This document shows, piece by piece, positions 20,068-30,706 of a stretch of DNA of 64,000 nt. The DNA is from Alphaproteobacteria bacterium. GTDB taxonomy: Bacteria > Pseudomonadota > Alphaproteobacteria > UBA8366 > CAVOAK01. Position 1 is the first letter of the stretch, and each line of letters begins with the position of its first letter. The DNA is taken from contig CBDCIT010000016.1 of the NCBI GenBank assembly GCA_965217615.1, positions 229,272 to 293,271 on the forward strand. The letters are read 5' to 3'. The notes under the pieces are model-generated. The model was not told where the DNA came from, made no database searches, and saw only the letters and a list, made by a program, of their open reading frames with translations. Position numbers and translations under genes: made by a program.

Positions 20068-21405
20068 GTCGCTAACACACGATATGACCGGTGTATGTAA
20101 CAGATGATCTGTCCGGTTTTAGATTTCCTCCAAATCTGGAGGAATCGGATGCGCCGGACGGAGCAGTTGCAGGGACTGAGATTGATGAAGTTCGAGGATG
20201 TCTACGGACGTTGTTATCGGGGTGATTTGAGCCAGGCCGAGGCCTCGGAGATCCTGGGCATGTCGGAGCGGACGTTCCGGCGCTGGCGGGAGCGCTATGA
20301 GGCCGAGGGTGCCGAGGGTTTGTACGACCGGCGCCTTGGGCGGGTCTCGGCGCGCCGGTGGACGAGGTGATGCGGGTGCTGGAGCTGTTCGAGACGCGCT
20401 ACCCGGACTTCACGGCCAAGCACTTCCACGAGAAGCTGGTCTGCGAGCATGGCTTCGGGCTGAGCTACAACTGGCTTCGCCTGAGCTTGCAGGCGCACGG
20501 CAAGATCAAGCCGGCGCCCAGGCGCGGGGCGCACCGCCGGAAGCGGCCGCGCCGACCGGTGGTGGGGATGCTGCTGCACCAGGACGGCTCGAGCCACGAG
20601 TGGGTTGCGGGCCAGTGGTGGGATCTGATCGTGACCATGGACGATGCGACATCGGAGGTCTATTCGGGCTTCTTCGTTGCCGAGGAGGGCACGATGAGCA
20701 CGTTCCGCGGGCTCGGGAGGTGATCGCCGAAAACGGGCTGTTCTGCTCGCTCTACGCCGATCGGGCCTCGCACTACTGGCACACGCCCGAGGCAGGCGGC
20801 GGTGTGGACAAGGACAACCCGACCCAGATCGGCCGGGCCTTGGCGCAGCTCGGCATCGAGTTGATCGCGGCCTATTCGCCGCAGGCCCGGGGCCGCTCGG
20901 AGCGCATGTTCGGGACCTTGCAGAAGCGCCTGCCCCAGGAGCTGCGCCTCGCCGGGATCGCCACCATGGCCGAGGCCAATCGCTTTCTCGAGGAGCTCTT
21001 CTGGCCGGCGCACAACGCCCGCTTCGCCCGCCCGGCCGCGGACACCGGCTCGGCCTTCGTGGCTTTTGCCGGCACGCTCGAGGACATCCTCTGCGCCCAG
21101 GAGGACCGCGTCGTCGCGGGCGACAACACCGTGCGCTACAAGAACCGCACGCTGCAGATCCCGGCCGATCGCCACCGCCACCACTACGTCAAGGCGCAGG
21201 TCCGGGTGCACGAATATCCCGACGGCCACCTGGCCGTCTTCCACAGACCCAGGTGTCTGGCGCGCTACCGCGCCGACGGCGAAACCATCGACGACGACAG
21301 GCTCCAGGCCGCGTGACCCGCTTCGACGCGACCGAGCCAAACCACCACAACAGAAGCGGTCAATTCATATGGTACATAAAGCGGTCAACTCAGTTTGTTA
21401 TCGAC
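20068..21405 (+). mobile_element. IS element copy B (1338 bp), decayed copy of the element at 1533..2878
   Basis: Same termini and near-identical sequence. It is 8 bp shorter (a 7-bp and a 1-bp deletion) and carries a few substitutions. Confidence 0.9.
20104..21316 (+). pseudogene. Transposase pseudogene (two frameshifts)
   Basis: The copy A reading frame is split over ORFs 20104..20370, 20358..20723 and 20297..21316. One of two tandem GCGCGCC units is lost near 20350, and one C is lost in GGCTCGG(C)GAGG near 20718. Confidence 0.9.
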
Positions 21406-21424
21406 ATGTTTACACGCCTTCACT
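21406..21424. repeat. 19-bp direct repeat (right TSD of IS copy B): ATGTTTACACGCCTTCACT
   Basis: 18/19 identical to 20049..20067. Confidence 0.8.
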
Positions 21425-21485
21425 CGACGCTCGATTGCAGATGATGTCCGGCCCAGCGCTCAATTACGGGCGCTTCGCTGCTGAC

Positions 21486-24152
21486 TCAACGCGCTACTTT
21501 AAGGGCCGCTTGTGCTGCAGCAAGGCGGGCGACCGGAACGCGGTAGGGCGAACAGGACACGTAATCCAGCCCTATTTCCTCGCAAAATGCGATGGATGCC
21601 GGATCCCCGCCGTGTTCGCCGCAAATGCCCAGTTTCAATTCGGGACGCGCCGCCCGCCCGCGCTCGGCTGCCATTGCCACCAGCGTACCAACACCGTCGA
21701 TGTCGAGCGAAACGAACGGGTCGATGGGCAGGATGCCGCGACGTTCGTACTGCGGTAAAAACGAGGCTGTATCGTCGCGGCTCAAGCCGAACGTGGTCTG
21801 TGTCAGGTCGTTGGTGCCGAAGCTAAAGAACTCCGCCGTCCTGGCGATCTCACCGGCGCAAATGGCGGCTCGCGGCAGCTCGATCATCGTACCGACCAGA
21901 TAGTTGGGTGTCTTTCCCAATTCAGCGGCGACTTCCCCTGCCACCCGGTCGATATCGGATTTGAGGATTTCAAACTCCTGCGGCGTCGCGACAAGCGGCA
22001 CCATGATCTCCAATTCGACGTCGTTCTGCAGCTCAGGGCTGACCTCAAGCGCCGCCTCAAAGATTGCCCGGGCTTGTATCTCGTAGATCTCCGGATAAGT
22101 TATCGCGAGACGGCAACCACGATGACCCAGCATCGGATTTGATTCCTTGAGCTGAGCAGCACGATGCCGGACCTGCTCCACTGGTAGATTGGCCGAGCGG
22201 GCGACCTCGCTCAACTCCTCCTCGCCTTTCGGCAGAAACTCGTGAAGCGGCGGATCGAGCAGACGGATAGTGATCGGTGTCCCCTTCATGATCCGGAAAA
22301 GCTCAATAAAATCAGCTCGCTGCATAGGTAAGATTTTCTCAAGCGCAGCGCGTCGCCTAGCCTGATTTTCAGCCACGATCATTTCGCGAACTGCAACAAT
22401 ACGATCGCCGTCAAAGAACATATGCTCGGTGCGGCATAGACCGATCCCCTCGGCGCCAAACTCACGCGCAGCTCGCGTATCGAGCGGAGTCTCGGCATTT
22501 GCCCTGACCTTGAGCCTGCGAATGCCGTCCGCCCATTCCATCAAAGTTTTGAACTCACTCGCGAGCTTGGGCTGGACCGTGGGAACTTCGCCCAACATAA
22601 CCTCGCCCGTTCCGCCATCGATCGTGATCGGATCGCCCGAATGCACCACTGTGCCGGCCACCGATAACGTCTTCGCCTGACTATCCACAGCAAGGTCGCC
22701 GGCGCCGGCTACGCAGGCGCGCCCCATGCCGCGTGCGACGACGGCGGCATGGCTCGTCATACCGCCGCGGGTCGTCAGGATTCCGCGTGCGGCATGCATC
22801 CCATGGATATCCTCGGGGCTCGTTTCGGTTCGCACCAGGATGACCGCCGTTCCGATTGCCGCCAGTTCCTCCGCCTCGTCGGCGCTAAAGACAGCTCTTC
22901 CAGATGCCGCGCCTGGTGACGCTGGAAGCCCTGTGGCAATAACCGACTTTTCGGCTGCCGGATCGAGCGCCGGGTGCAAAAGCTGATCGAGTGCCGCCGG
23001 GTCGACACGCAATACGGCCGTCGCCTTGTCGATCAGTCCTTCCTCTACCATATCGACAGCAATCTTCACCGCCGCGGCCGCCGTCCGTTTGCCAGAACGC
23101 GTTTGCAGCATCCACAACTTGCCGTTTTGCACGGTGAACTCGATATCTTGCATGTCTTTGTAATGCGCCTGCAGGATATGGCGGACATCGTTGAGCTGGC
23201 GAAAGACGTCCGGCATCGCCTCTTCCATCGCCGGCAACTTGGAGCCCTGCGCCAATTTCGCATTTATCGTCAGACATTGTGGTGTGCGGATACCCGCGAC
23301 CACATCCTCGCCCTGCGCATTCACCAGATATTCGCCATAGAAAACATTCTCGCCGGTCGACGGATCACGCGTGAACGCAACGCCCGTCGAACAGGTGTCT
23401 CCCATATTTCCAAACACCATGGCCTGGATATTGACCGCAGTGCCCCAGTCGGATGGAATCCCGTTGAGACGCCGGTAGGTCAGGGCTCGCTCGTTATTCC
23501 AGCTCCCAAATACGGCACTGATGGTGCCCCAAAGTTGCGCCCGAACATCTTGTGGAAATGGCTCACCGGATTTTTCCTCGACCTTTGCCAGGAACCCGAC
23601 CACCAGTTCCTGGAGATCAGCAGCTTCGAGTTCCGTGTCCAGTGTGACGCCACGTTCGTTCTTGCGCGTGTCCATGAGGTCTTCGAAGAGATAGCCGGAT
23701 ATGCCGAGGACGACATTTGCGTACATCTGTATGAAGCGACGATAGGAATCGTAGGCGAACCGATGATCTCCGCTGAGCGTCGCCAGACCCTCGACCGTCT
23801 CGTCGTTGAGACCAAGGTTGAGAACCGTATCCATCATGCCCGGCATCGACGCACGCGCACCGGACCGGACTGAGACCAGCAGCGGGTTCGCAACGTCACC
23901 GAACCGGGCGCCGACATCCTCTTCGATCTTACCGAGCGCCACTTCGACATGCTCGCGGAGGTCGGGCGGATAGGATTTGTCGTGGGCGTAGTAAAATGTG
24001 CAGACGTCGGTCGTAATGGTAAATCCGGACGGAACGGGTAGTCCAAGCTCGCTCATTTCCGCCAGTCCAGCACCCTTGCCGCCAAGCAGTTCGCGCAAAG
24101 TTGCGTCGCCTTCGGCCGATCCGTTGCCGAAGCCGTACACCCATTTGCTCAT
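21486..24152 (-). CDS. ppdK: Pyruvate, phosphate dikinase
   Basis: ORF trimmed to MSKWVYGFGNGSAEGDATLRELLGGKGAGLAEM. Phosphohistidine region TTRGGMTSHAAVVARG and PEP-utilising C-terminal domain; 888 aa. Confidence 0.95.
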   Translation of the reverse strand: MSKWVYGFGNGSAEGDATLRELLGGKGAGLAEMSELGLPVPSGFTITTDVCTFYYAHDKSYPPDLREHVEVALGKIEEDVGARFGDVANPLLVSVRSGARASMPGMMDTVLNLGLNDETVEGLATLSGDHRFAYDSYRRFIQMYANVVLGISGYLFEDLMDTRKNERGVTLDTELEAADLQELVVGFLAKVEEKSGEPFPQDVRAQLWGTISAVFGSWNNERALTYRRLNGIPSDWGTAVNIQAMVFGNMGDTCSTGVAFTRDPSTGENVFYGEYLVNAQGEDVVAGIRTPQCLTINAKLAQGSKLPAMEEAMPDVFRQLNDVRHILQAHYKDMQDIEFTVQNGKLWMLQTRSGKRTAAAAVKIAVDMVEEGLIDKATAVLRVDPAALDQLLHPALDPAAEKSVIATGLPASPGAASGRAVFSADEAEELAAIGTAVILVRTETSPEDIHGMHAARGILTTRGGMTSHAAVVARGMGRACVAGAGDLAVDSQAKTLSVAGTVVHSGDPITIDGGTGEVMLGEVPTVQPKLASEFKTLMEWADGIRRLKVRANAETPLDTRAAREFGAEGIGLCRTEHMFFDGDRIVAVREMIVAENQARRRAALEKILPMQRADFIELFRIMKGTPITIRLLDPPLHEFLPKGEEELSEVARSANLPVEQVRHRAAQLKESNPMLGHRGCRLAITYPEIYEIQARAIFEAALEVSPELQNDVELEIMVPLVATPQEFEILKSDIDRVAGEVAAELGKTPNYLVGTMIELPRAAICAGEIARTAEFFSFGTNDLTQTTFGLSRDDTASFLPQYERRGILPIDPFVSLDIDGVGTLVAMAAERGRAARPELKLGICGEHGGDPASIAFCEEIGLDYVSCSPYRVPVARLAAAQAALKVAR

Positions 24153-24160
24153 TCGCCGTT

Positions 24161-26293
24161 CTACCCCTCGATCTGGCTGAAGTCGGCAACCGCACACATG
24201 GCCGTGCGTATTTGCGACATCAAACGTAGCCGGTTTCCCCGCAAGTCAGGGTCATCCGAATTGACAGTCACACGATCGAAGAAATCATCGACCGGCCCTC
24301 GCAGTTCGGCCAAACCCGACATAGCCTTCGAAAAATCTTCTTCGCGCATCGCATCGTCTACCCGAAGGCGCGATATCATCATGGTTTCACCGAGCCGCTT
24401 CTCCTCGTCTTGCTGCAGCGCGCTAGTCTCGTACATACCATCGTAGGACACGCCGTCGTTCTTTTCCTCGATGCGCAAGATGTTTGCAGCACGACGGAAT
24501 GCCGTAAGGAGGTTGGCACCGTCATCAGTATTCAGGAAGGTGGCCAGGGCATCCACTCTGGCAAGCAGCCTCACAAGATCGTCCTCGCCGCCGAGCCCGA
24601 ACACGGCGCTGATGAGGTCATGCCGCACTCCCCGCTCACGAAGATGAACCTTGAGTCTGTCTGCAAAGAAGGCCAAGAGATCCGTCGCCAGTGACTCTCG
24701 TCGCTGTGATGTGGACGCATCCGACAGTAACGGCGCTGACGCCTCACGGAATACCGGAAGAAGTGACAGCCTAAGCCGATTCTCGACAATAAGACGAATC
24801 ACGCCAAGTGCCGACCGGCGCAACGCGTAGGGATCCTTGGACCCAGTTGGCTTTTCTTCAATCGTCCAAAATCCGACAAGCGTGTCGATCTTGTCTGCAA
24901 GTGCGACGGCAACGGAAGTTGGCGCGCCCGGACACCGGTCGTTTGGTCCAAGCGGCGAGTAGTGTTCGGCTATCGCATCGGCGGCTTCCGGCTGCGCGCC
25001 ATCCTGCAACGCGTAGTACCGCCCCATGATTCCCTGCAACTCTGGAAGCTCGCCAACCATGCCGGTCGTGAGGTCCGCCTTTGCGAGCAGCGCCGCGTAT
25101 TGGCCAAGTTCTACATCAAGGCCGGGAACATGTTGGGCTAGCACTTCGATCAATGCTCGGGACCGCCGTGTCTTGTCCGCAACCGAGCCCAGCTTCGCAT
25201 GAAAGATCAAACCGCCGAGGTCGAGCGCGCGGTCTTCCAGCGTGCGCTTTCGATCCTGGTCCCAGAAAAATTGCGCGTCGGCGAGACGGGCCGCCAGCAC
25301 GCGCTCGTTGCCGGCAATAATCTTGGCGCCACCATCCGTCGCCTCGATGTTGGCGACAACGGCAAAGCGCGGCGCGAGTTTGCCATCGGGGTGCAAAAGC
25401 GAGAAGTATTTTTGGTGGCGCCGCATGACCGTGGCCAAGACCTCGTCTGGCAGGTCCATGAACCGCTCATCGATCCGGCCTAAAAGCACCACTGGCCATT
25501 CGACGAGACCCGCGACTTCGTCCAGAAGCGCTGTGTCTTCCTTGATTGAAAGCCCTTCCGCGTCAGCAAGGCGCTTGAGCTCGTCCTCAATGAGCGCACG
25601 CCGCTCGCCCGAATCGAGGATGACCTTGGCCTCCCGCAGCTTTGCTTCGTAGTCGGCGAACGAGGAGGCCTTGAACGATTTGGGTGCGAGAAACCGGTGG
25701 CCGGCTGTCCGATTGGCGCTCGCCAAATCATGCGGAGACGTGCCAATCGGATCCGTGCCAGTCGCGGCGCGTCCCACGCCGCGCACGAGATCGAATTTGA
25801 CCGTTTTTTCATCGAAAACGCAGAGCATCGACTGCAGCGGGCGCACCCACGAGAGATGCGGACTTGCCCCCCACCGCATCGATTTTGACCAAGAGAACTC
25901 CCAAATTGCATCCCGAACTATGTCCGCGATGACCCCGCGAATGGCACGCCCACCCTGTTTCACGTCGGCCACATAGTATTCGCCTTTCTTGAGCGTCGCC
26001 GTCTTCAGCTTGTCGCGCGAAATTCCGACCGATTTCGCGAACCCTTCAACCGCCGCGTCGGACGCATCGACCGATGGGCCCTTTCTCTCCTCGAGTGTTG
26101 ACGGTTGCTTACTAGGGAGGCCATCGACGACGAGTGCTAGACGCCGAGGCGTTGCGTAGGCGTCCGCACGCTCGAACGCCAACCCTTCGCGTTCGAGCCC
26201 CACAGTGACGAGGCGCTTGAGTTCTGCGCCGGCGCGCGTCTGCATGCGCGCCGGGATGTCTTCCGACAAGAGCTCGAGCAGAAGTTCTGGCAT
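24161..26293 (-). CDS. glyS: Glycine--tRNA ligase beta subunit
   Basis: [18 protein letters not shown]…; ~710 aa. The ATG overlaps the glyQ stop (TGATG). Confidence 0.95.
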   Translation of the reverse strand: MPELLLELLSEDIPARMQTRAGAELKRLVTVGLEREGLAFERADAYATPRRLALVVDGLPSKQPSTLEERKGPSVDASDAAVEGFAKSVGISRDKLKTATLKKGEYYVADVKQGGRAIRGVIADIVRDAIWEFSWSKSMRWGASPHLSWVRPLQSMLCVFDEKTVKFDLVRGVGRAATGTDPIGTSPHDLASANRTAGHRFLAPKSFKASSFADYEAKLREAKVILDSGERRALIEDELKRLADAEGLSIKEDTALLDEVAGLVEWPVVLLGRIDERFMDLPDEVLATVMRRHQKYFSLLHPDGKLAPRFAVVANIEATDGGAKIIAGNERVLAARLADAQFFWDQDRKRTLEDRALDLGGLIFHAKLGSVADKTRRSRALIEVLAQHVPGLDVELGQYAALLAKADLTTGMVGELPELQGIMGRYYALQDGAQPEAADAIAEHYSPLGPNDRCPGAPTSVAVALADKIDTLVGFWTIEEKPTGSKDPYALRRSALGVIRLIVENRLRLSLLPVFREASAPLLSDASTSQRRESLATDLLAFFADRLKVHLRERGVRHDLISAVFGLGGEDDLVRLLARVDALATFLNTDDGANLLTAFRRAANILRIEEKNDGVSYDGMYETSALQQDEEKRLGETMMISRLRVDDAMREEDFSKAMSGLAELRGPVDDFFDRVTVNSDDPDLRGNRLRLMSQIRTAMCAVADFSQIEG

Positions 26294-27162
26294 CACGTCT
26301 TATCTTCTCTTGTCGATGCCAGCCACGCATCGCAGCAGGCGTTTGTCATAGCGCGGACGCGGCCGATGTAGGCTTGACGCTCGGTTGCACTGATCACGCC
26401 GCGTGCGTCGAGCAGGTTGAACAGATGGCTCGCCTTGAGGCATTGGTCGTAGGCCGGAAGCGGAAGATTCGCTTTTAGCACTGCAGCGCACTCCGCTTCC
26501 GCGTCTCCGAAATGCCGAACCAGCATTGCAGTATTCGCATGCTCGAAGTTATAAGCGGAGAATTGCCGTTCTGCTTCGAGGAAGACGTCGCCGTAAGTTG
26601 TGCCAGCTCCATCGAAGTCGAGCTCATAGACATTCTCGACGCCTTGAATATACATCGCGAGGCGCTCAAGCCCGTAGGTGAATTCGACCGACACGGGATC
26701 GCAGTCGATGCCGCCGACTTGTTGGAAATAGGTGAACTGGGAGACTTCCATGCCGTCGCACCAGACCTCCCACCCGAGGCCCGCCGCACCCAGCGTCGGG
26801 CTTTCCCAGTCGTCTTCGACAAATCGGATGTCGTGTTCCAACGGGTTGATACCCAATGGCCTTAGACTGCTGAGATAGAGGTCTTGGCTGTCTTTTTGGG
26901 ACGGCTTGAGCATCACTTGATACTGATAGTAATGCTGCAAACGATTGGGATTCTCTCCATAGCGACCGTCGGTTGGTCGGCGTGTGGGCTGCACATAAGC
27001 GGCGCGCCAAGGCTTCTGTCCCAGAGCGCGCAACACAGTCGCCGGGTGAAACGTTCCGGCACCGACCTCCATATCATAGGGTTGGAGAATGACGCAGCCT
27101 TGCGCCGACCAATAGCTATGCAGCGTCAGGATGAGAGATTGTAGGCTGGTGTTCGCGGCCAT
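26293..27162 (-). CDS. glyQ: Glycine--tRNA ligase alpha subunit
   Basis: ORF trimmed to [42 protein letters not shown]…; 289 aa. Confidence 0.95.
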   Translation of the reverse strand: MAANTSLQSLILTLHSYWSAQGCVILQPYDMEVGAGTFHPATVLRALGQKPWRAAYVQPTRRPTDGRYGENPNRLQHYYQYQVMLKPSQKDSQDLYLSSLRPLGINPLEHDIRFVEDDWESPTLGAAGLGWEVWCDGMEVSQFTYFQQVGGIDCDPVSVEFTYGLERLAMYIQGVENVYELDFDGAGTTYGDVFLEAERQFSAYNFEHANTAMLVRHFGDAEAECAAVLKANLPLPAYDQCLKASHLFNLLDARGVISATERQAYIGRVRAMTNACCDAWLASTREDKT

Positions 27163-27231
27163 GAACCCGATCGTCCTGAAACCCGGCTGAACGTCAGGTG
27201 CGGCGCACGTTACTTGCAACCCCGGAGAAGG

Positions 27232-27489
27232 TCAATTCGGGCAGTTGGTGCGTCCGCAATCAGACGCGTGATTTGTCGCGACGTAAAAATTGCAAACGGG
27301 ACATCTCACCGTCTCCTCGACGCTTTCTTGGTCAACGGATGCGGTTTTGTTCGCCTCTTCCGCATGAGCCTGACCCCGCGTACGCAAATTCCTGATCTCG
27401 AAATGCCGCTGCAGACGTAGCATCCCGTAAAGCACCGTCAAAATAACACTAATGAGGACAACAAACTTCAAGAAAGAAAATCCGAACAT
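27232..27489 (-). CDS. Small membrane protein with C-terminal Cys4 zinc-ribbon-like motif (hypothetical)
   Basis: MFGFSFLKFVVLISVILTVLYG TM helix, then …RCPVCNFYV…DCGRTNCP. The tracked ORF was trimmed to the internal ATG at 27489. Confidence 0.5.
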   Translation of the reverse strand: MFGFSFLKFVVLISVILTVLYGMLRLQRHFEIRNLRTRGQAHAEEANKTASVDQESVEETVRCPVCNFYVATNHASDCGRTNCPN

Positions 27490-27622
27490 GGCGCACCTTA
27501 ATGGCGTGAACGAGCCGCGGTCAAGTAACGGCACACCAACGGTCACGCGATCCTGATAGAGACTCGGTGGCCTCAGAAAAGCCACTCGCGACAGGACCTA
27601 TTCTTGGTGTACCTCCTTCGCC

Positions 27623-28504
27623 TTAGAGACCATAGCGAGACCAGATCGCACACTCCTCAATCGAAGCAATAAAGTCATGCACCAGCGACGTCTCGCGCTC
27701 GATACCCAGCCTGCGTTGAAGCCAGCCCCGCGGTCGCGTCATGAGTCTGAATCGGACGCGTTCGCCGAACCGTTCCCGCATGACGGAGCGCAGGTCGCCG
27801 ATACCGTCGATAAGCCCCAACTCCAGCGCCTTTTGACCAGTCCAGAATTCACCGTTAAACAGCGTCTTCTCGCTTGCGTTTAGTCGCTCTGCGCGCCGCT
27901 CGCGAACATATGACTTAAACTGTTCGTGGATGTCTTCCTGAATTGCCTTGAGGTGCTTTACGTCCTTCGGATTTTCCGGTCGAAAAGGGTCAAGCATTGC
28001 CTTTCTATCGCCGGAAGTATGGACACGGCGCTCCACGCCAATACGCTCAAGGAGATCTGGAAATCCAAAGCTCGCGGAAACCACGCCGATCGAACCGACA
28101 ATCGAACTTCCTTCGGCGTAGACCTCGTCGGCGGCGCAGGCAAGCCAATAGCCGCCTGACGCGGCCACATCCTCGCAAAATGCAACAACGGGAAGTTTCG
28201 TTTCGTCCGAAAGTGCCCTGATCCGCTTGGCGATCAGCGCCGATTGCACAGGCGAACCGCCCGGTGAGTTTACGGCCAGTGCAACGCACTTCGCGCGCGG
28301 TACCTTGAACGCATGCTCGATGGAATTCGTGAGGGCAGCCAGTGTAAGGCCGCGACGTCCAGGACCAATTTGGCCTATCACGCCCGACAGTCGTACGACC
28401 GGAACGAGCGGGGCACGTCCGACGCGATCGGCCAAGCGATCGCCGACCAGCGGCATACGGCGCAGCCAGTCGGCGGGATGTTCTGAGGTTTGCTTTTCGG
28501 TCAT
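27623..28504 (-). CDS. S49-family serine peptidase (SppA/SohB-like)
   Basis: …VALAVNSPGGSPVQS…VAASGGYWLACAADEVYAEGSSIVGSIGV… are S49 motifs. Confidence 0.85.
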   Translation of the reverse strand: MTEKQTSEHPADWLRRMPLVGDRLADRVGRAPLVPVVRLSGVIGQIGPGRRGLTLAALTNSIEHAFKVPRAKCVALAVNSPGGSPVQSALIAKRIRALSDETKLPVVAFCEDVAASGGYWLACAADEVYAEGSSIVGSIGVVSASFGFPDLLERIGVERRVHTSGDRKAMLDPFRPENPKDVKHLKAIQEDIHEQFKSYVRERRAERLNASEKTLFNGEFWTGQKALELGLIDGIGDLRSVMRERFGERVRFRLMTRPRGWLQRRLGIERETSLVHDFIASIEECAIWSRYGL

Positions 28505-28573
28505 GGCCGTTTACATGGTGTCTGGCAACCGCACATCAACACCCGCTAGGCTTCGGCAATCCATACCAACGAA

Positions 28574-29548
28574 TCAGAGGTTCAGTGCGGCGCCACTGCG
28601 CAGCACTCCCTCCGCCTCTGCGGTGAGCTTATTCGCGCCGGCGTGCAGAACCATCCCGGCCGAAAGACGCAATGGCGCCTTGGCACCGCACCTGGCGTGG
28701 ACAATTACGCGCTTCGCGGGTTGTCCGGCCATTGGCCAAAACGGGAATATGACGATGCCGCCTGTATAGCCAACCAACAGGGCAAGCAATTCATCCAGAC
28801 GATCGGCACGATGTATGAACGTGATGCCGCCATACGGCTTAACCATTTTCAAACAGAACCGCACCCAGCATGCAAGGTCAGCAGGTCCTTCGATTGTCGA
28901 GACAGCCTTGACCTCGTCCGGCGACGAGTTTGCGTGTCCGGCCTGGAGATACGGCGGATTTGCCATGACCTCGTCATAACTGGCCGGCTGAAGTTCGCTC
29001 GGCGGGTTCAGAAGGTCGCCGACAATGATACGGACTCGTGCGCCGACGCCGTTTGCTTCAATATTGTGTTCGGCCAACTGCCCCAGCTGTGGCTGGACCT
29101 CAAGACCAGTCACGCGTGCGTCACGAGCCCTTTCGGCGTAGCACAACGCCGCCGTTCCTACGCCGCTGCCGACGTCGAGCACAGATCCCATGTTCACATC
29201 AGGAACGGCTGCCGCAAGGAGGACAGGATCGATCGCCGAGCGATAGCCACCGCTCGGCTGATGGATGATGACGCGCCCGCCCAACACGTGGTCGGCGCGA
29301 TCATCTGACGGCGCGACGACGGGGTAGGGTGAAGTTTTGCCGTCGAGTTCCCCGGCCTGCTCCAGAAGTCCCACTGCGGCGGCGTAGTCCTCGTCGACGA
29401 CCATCAGGCGCCGGGGAATTGCGTTGGCCGACCCTTCGAGCACGCTCATATGCATATCAAACACGACGGCGTCGATCCGGCGATCCGCCAATAGCGCCGT
29501 AAGCCAGGACAGGCGTACGGCATCGGACGTGCGTAAAATTTCCCTCAT
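28574..29548 (-). CDS. SAM-dependent N6-adenine-type methyltransferase (NPPY) with N-terminal DUF2007-like domain
   Basis: C-terminal part: LDVGSGVGTAAL…VMANPPY (TrmN6/YfiC-like). N-terminal ~75 aa: MREILRTSDAVRLSWLTALLADRRIDAVVFDMHMSVLEG…MVVDEDYAAAVGLL. Confidence 0.7.
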   Translation of the reverse strand: MREILRTSDAVRLSWLTALLADRRIDAVVFDMHMSVLEGSANAIPRRLMVVDEDYAAAVGLLEQAGELDGKTSPYPVVAPSDDRADHVLGGRVIIHQPSGGYRSAIDPVLLAAAVPDVNMGSVLDVGSGVGTAALCYAERARDARVTGLEVQPQLGQLAEHNIEANGVGARVRIIVGDLLNPPSELQPASYDEVMANPPYLQAGHANSSPDEVKAVSTIEGPADLACWVRFCLKMVKPYGGITFIHRADRLDELLALLVGYTGGIVIFPFWPMAGQPAKRVIVHARCGAKAPLRLSAGMVLHAGANKLTAEAEGVLRSGAALNL

Positions 29549-29584
29549 CCCGCCTTCGGCTTCCGCTGCAATAGGGCCCCACAC

Positions 29585-30676
29585 TTGACCACCGGTTGCG
29601 TTGCACTATGCTCGCCGCCGGATCGTCATACGGTCAACCGGGAGCGCCAACCGTTGGCTATTGTCGTCAACTTCCATCCCAAGAGCGCCAAAGGCAGCAA
29701 GCCTACGCTGGACGCCCTACACGCGCTAGTGTCGAACGACGTTACGCGTGTCAATCAGCTAATTCTCGATCGCATGCAAAGCTCGGTGCAACTGATTCCG
29801 CAGCTTGCGGGGCATATCATCGCGGCTGGCGGAAAGCGCCTGCGCCCAATGTTGACGCTAGCTGCCGCCAAGTTGTGCGGCTACGACGGAGACCGCCATA
29901 TCGCGCTCGCAACTTGCGTTGAATTCATTCACACAGCAACGCTTCTGCATGACGACGTGGTCGATCAGTCGATGCTGCGGCGCGGCCAGGATTCAGCAAA
30001 CTCACTTTGGGGAGATCAGGCGTCGATTCTGGTTGGCGATTTCCTGTTTTCCAGGGCGTTTCAACTCATGGTCGAAGATGGATCGCTCGATGTGCTGTCT
30101 ATCCTCTCGGAGGCATCTGCGGTCATCGCCGAGGGTGAGGTCCTGCAACTGATGACAACCAACGACACGGCAACCAGCGAGGAAGCTTACCTAGACGTTG
30201 TTCGCGCCAAGACCGCAAAACTGTTCGCAGCAGCGACGGAGATCGGCGCGGTTGTGGCATGCAGGCCGAAGGCAGAGCGCCAGGCATTGGAAAGTTACGG
30301 CATGAATTTGGGGATCGCATTCCAGTTGATCGACGACGTGCTCGACTATTCGGCAAGAGAGGTAGAGTTAGGCAAAACGGTCGGTGACGATTTTCGTGAA
30401 GGCAAGATCAACTTACCTGTAGTGCTCGCTTGGCGGCGCGGCAACGAAGAGGACAGGTCCTTTTGGCGCCGCACGATGGAAGACCTAAATCAGAGAGACG
30501 ACGATTTCGAGGAGGCGGTTAGGAAAATGGAACGCTGCGGCGCACTGGACGATTCGGTCGAGCGTGCGAGGCACTACGGCGCGATCGCGCGCGACGCCTG
30601 CGGCATTTTCCCTGACAGCGAAATCAAGTCAGCGCTCGTCGGCGCCATCGATTTCTGTATTGAACGCGCGCACTGA
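29585..30676 (+). CDS. ispB: Polyprenyl (octaprenyl-type) diphosphate synthase; start uncertain (TTG 29585 or TTG ~29654)
   Basis: GGKRLRP, first DDxxD (LLHDDVVD) and second DDxxD (IDDVLDY) motifs. Confidence 0.85.
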   Translation: MTTGCVALCSPPDRHTVNRERQPLAIVVNFHPKSAKGSKPTLDALHALVSNDVTRVNQLILDRMQSSVQLIPQLAGHIIAAGGKRLRPMLTLAAAKLCGYDGDRHIALATCVEFIHTATLLHDDVVDQSMLRRGQDSANSLWGDQASILVGDFLFSRAFQLMVEDGSLDVLSILSEASAVIAEGEVLQLMTTNDTATSEEAYLDVVRAKTAKLFAAATEIGAVVACRPKAERQALESYGMNLGIAFQLIDDVLDYSAREVELGKTVGDDFREGKINLPVVLAWRRGNEEDRSFWRRTMEDLNQRDDDFEEAVRKMERCGALDDSVERARHYGAIARDACGIFPDSEIKSALVGAIDFCIERAH

Positions 30677-30706
30677 CCGCATTTCCGTGAACCGATAGCA
30701 AAACAT

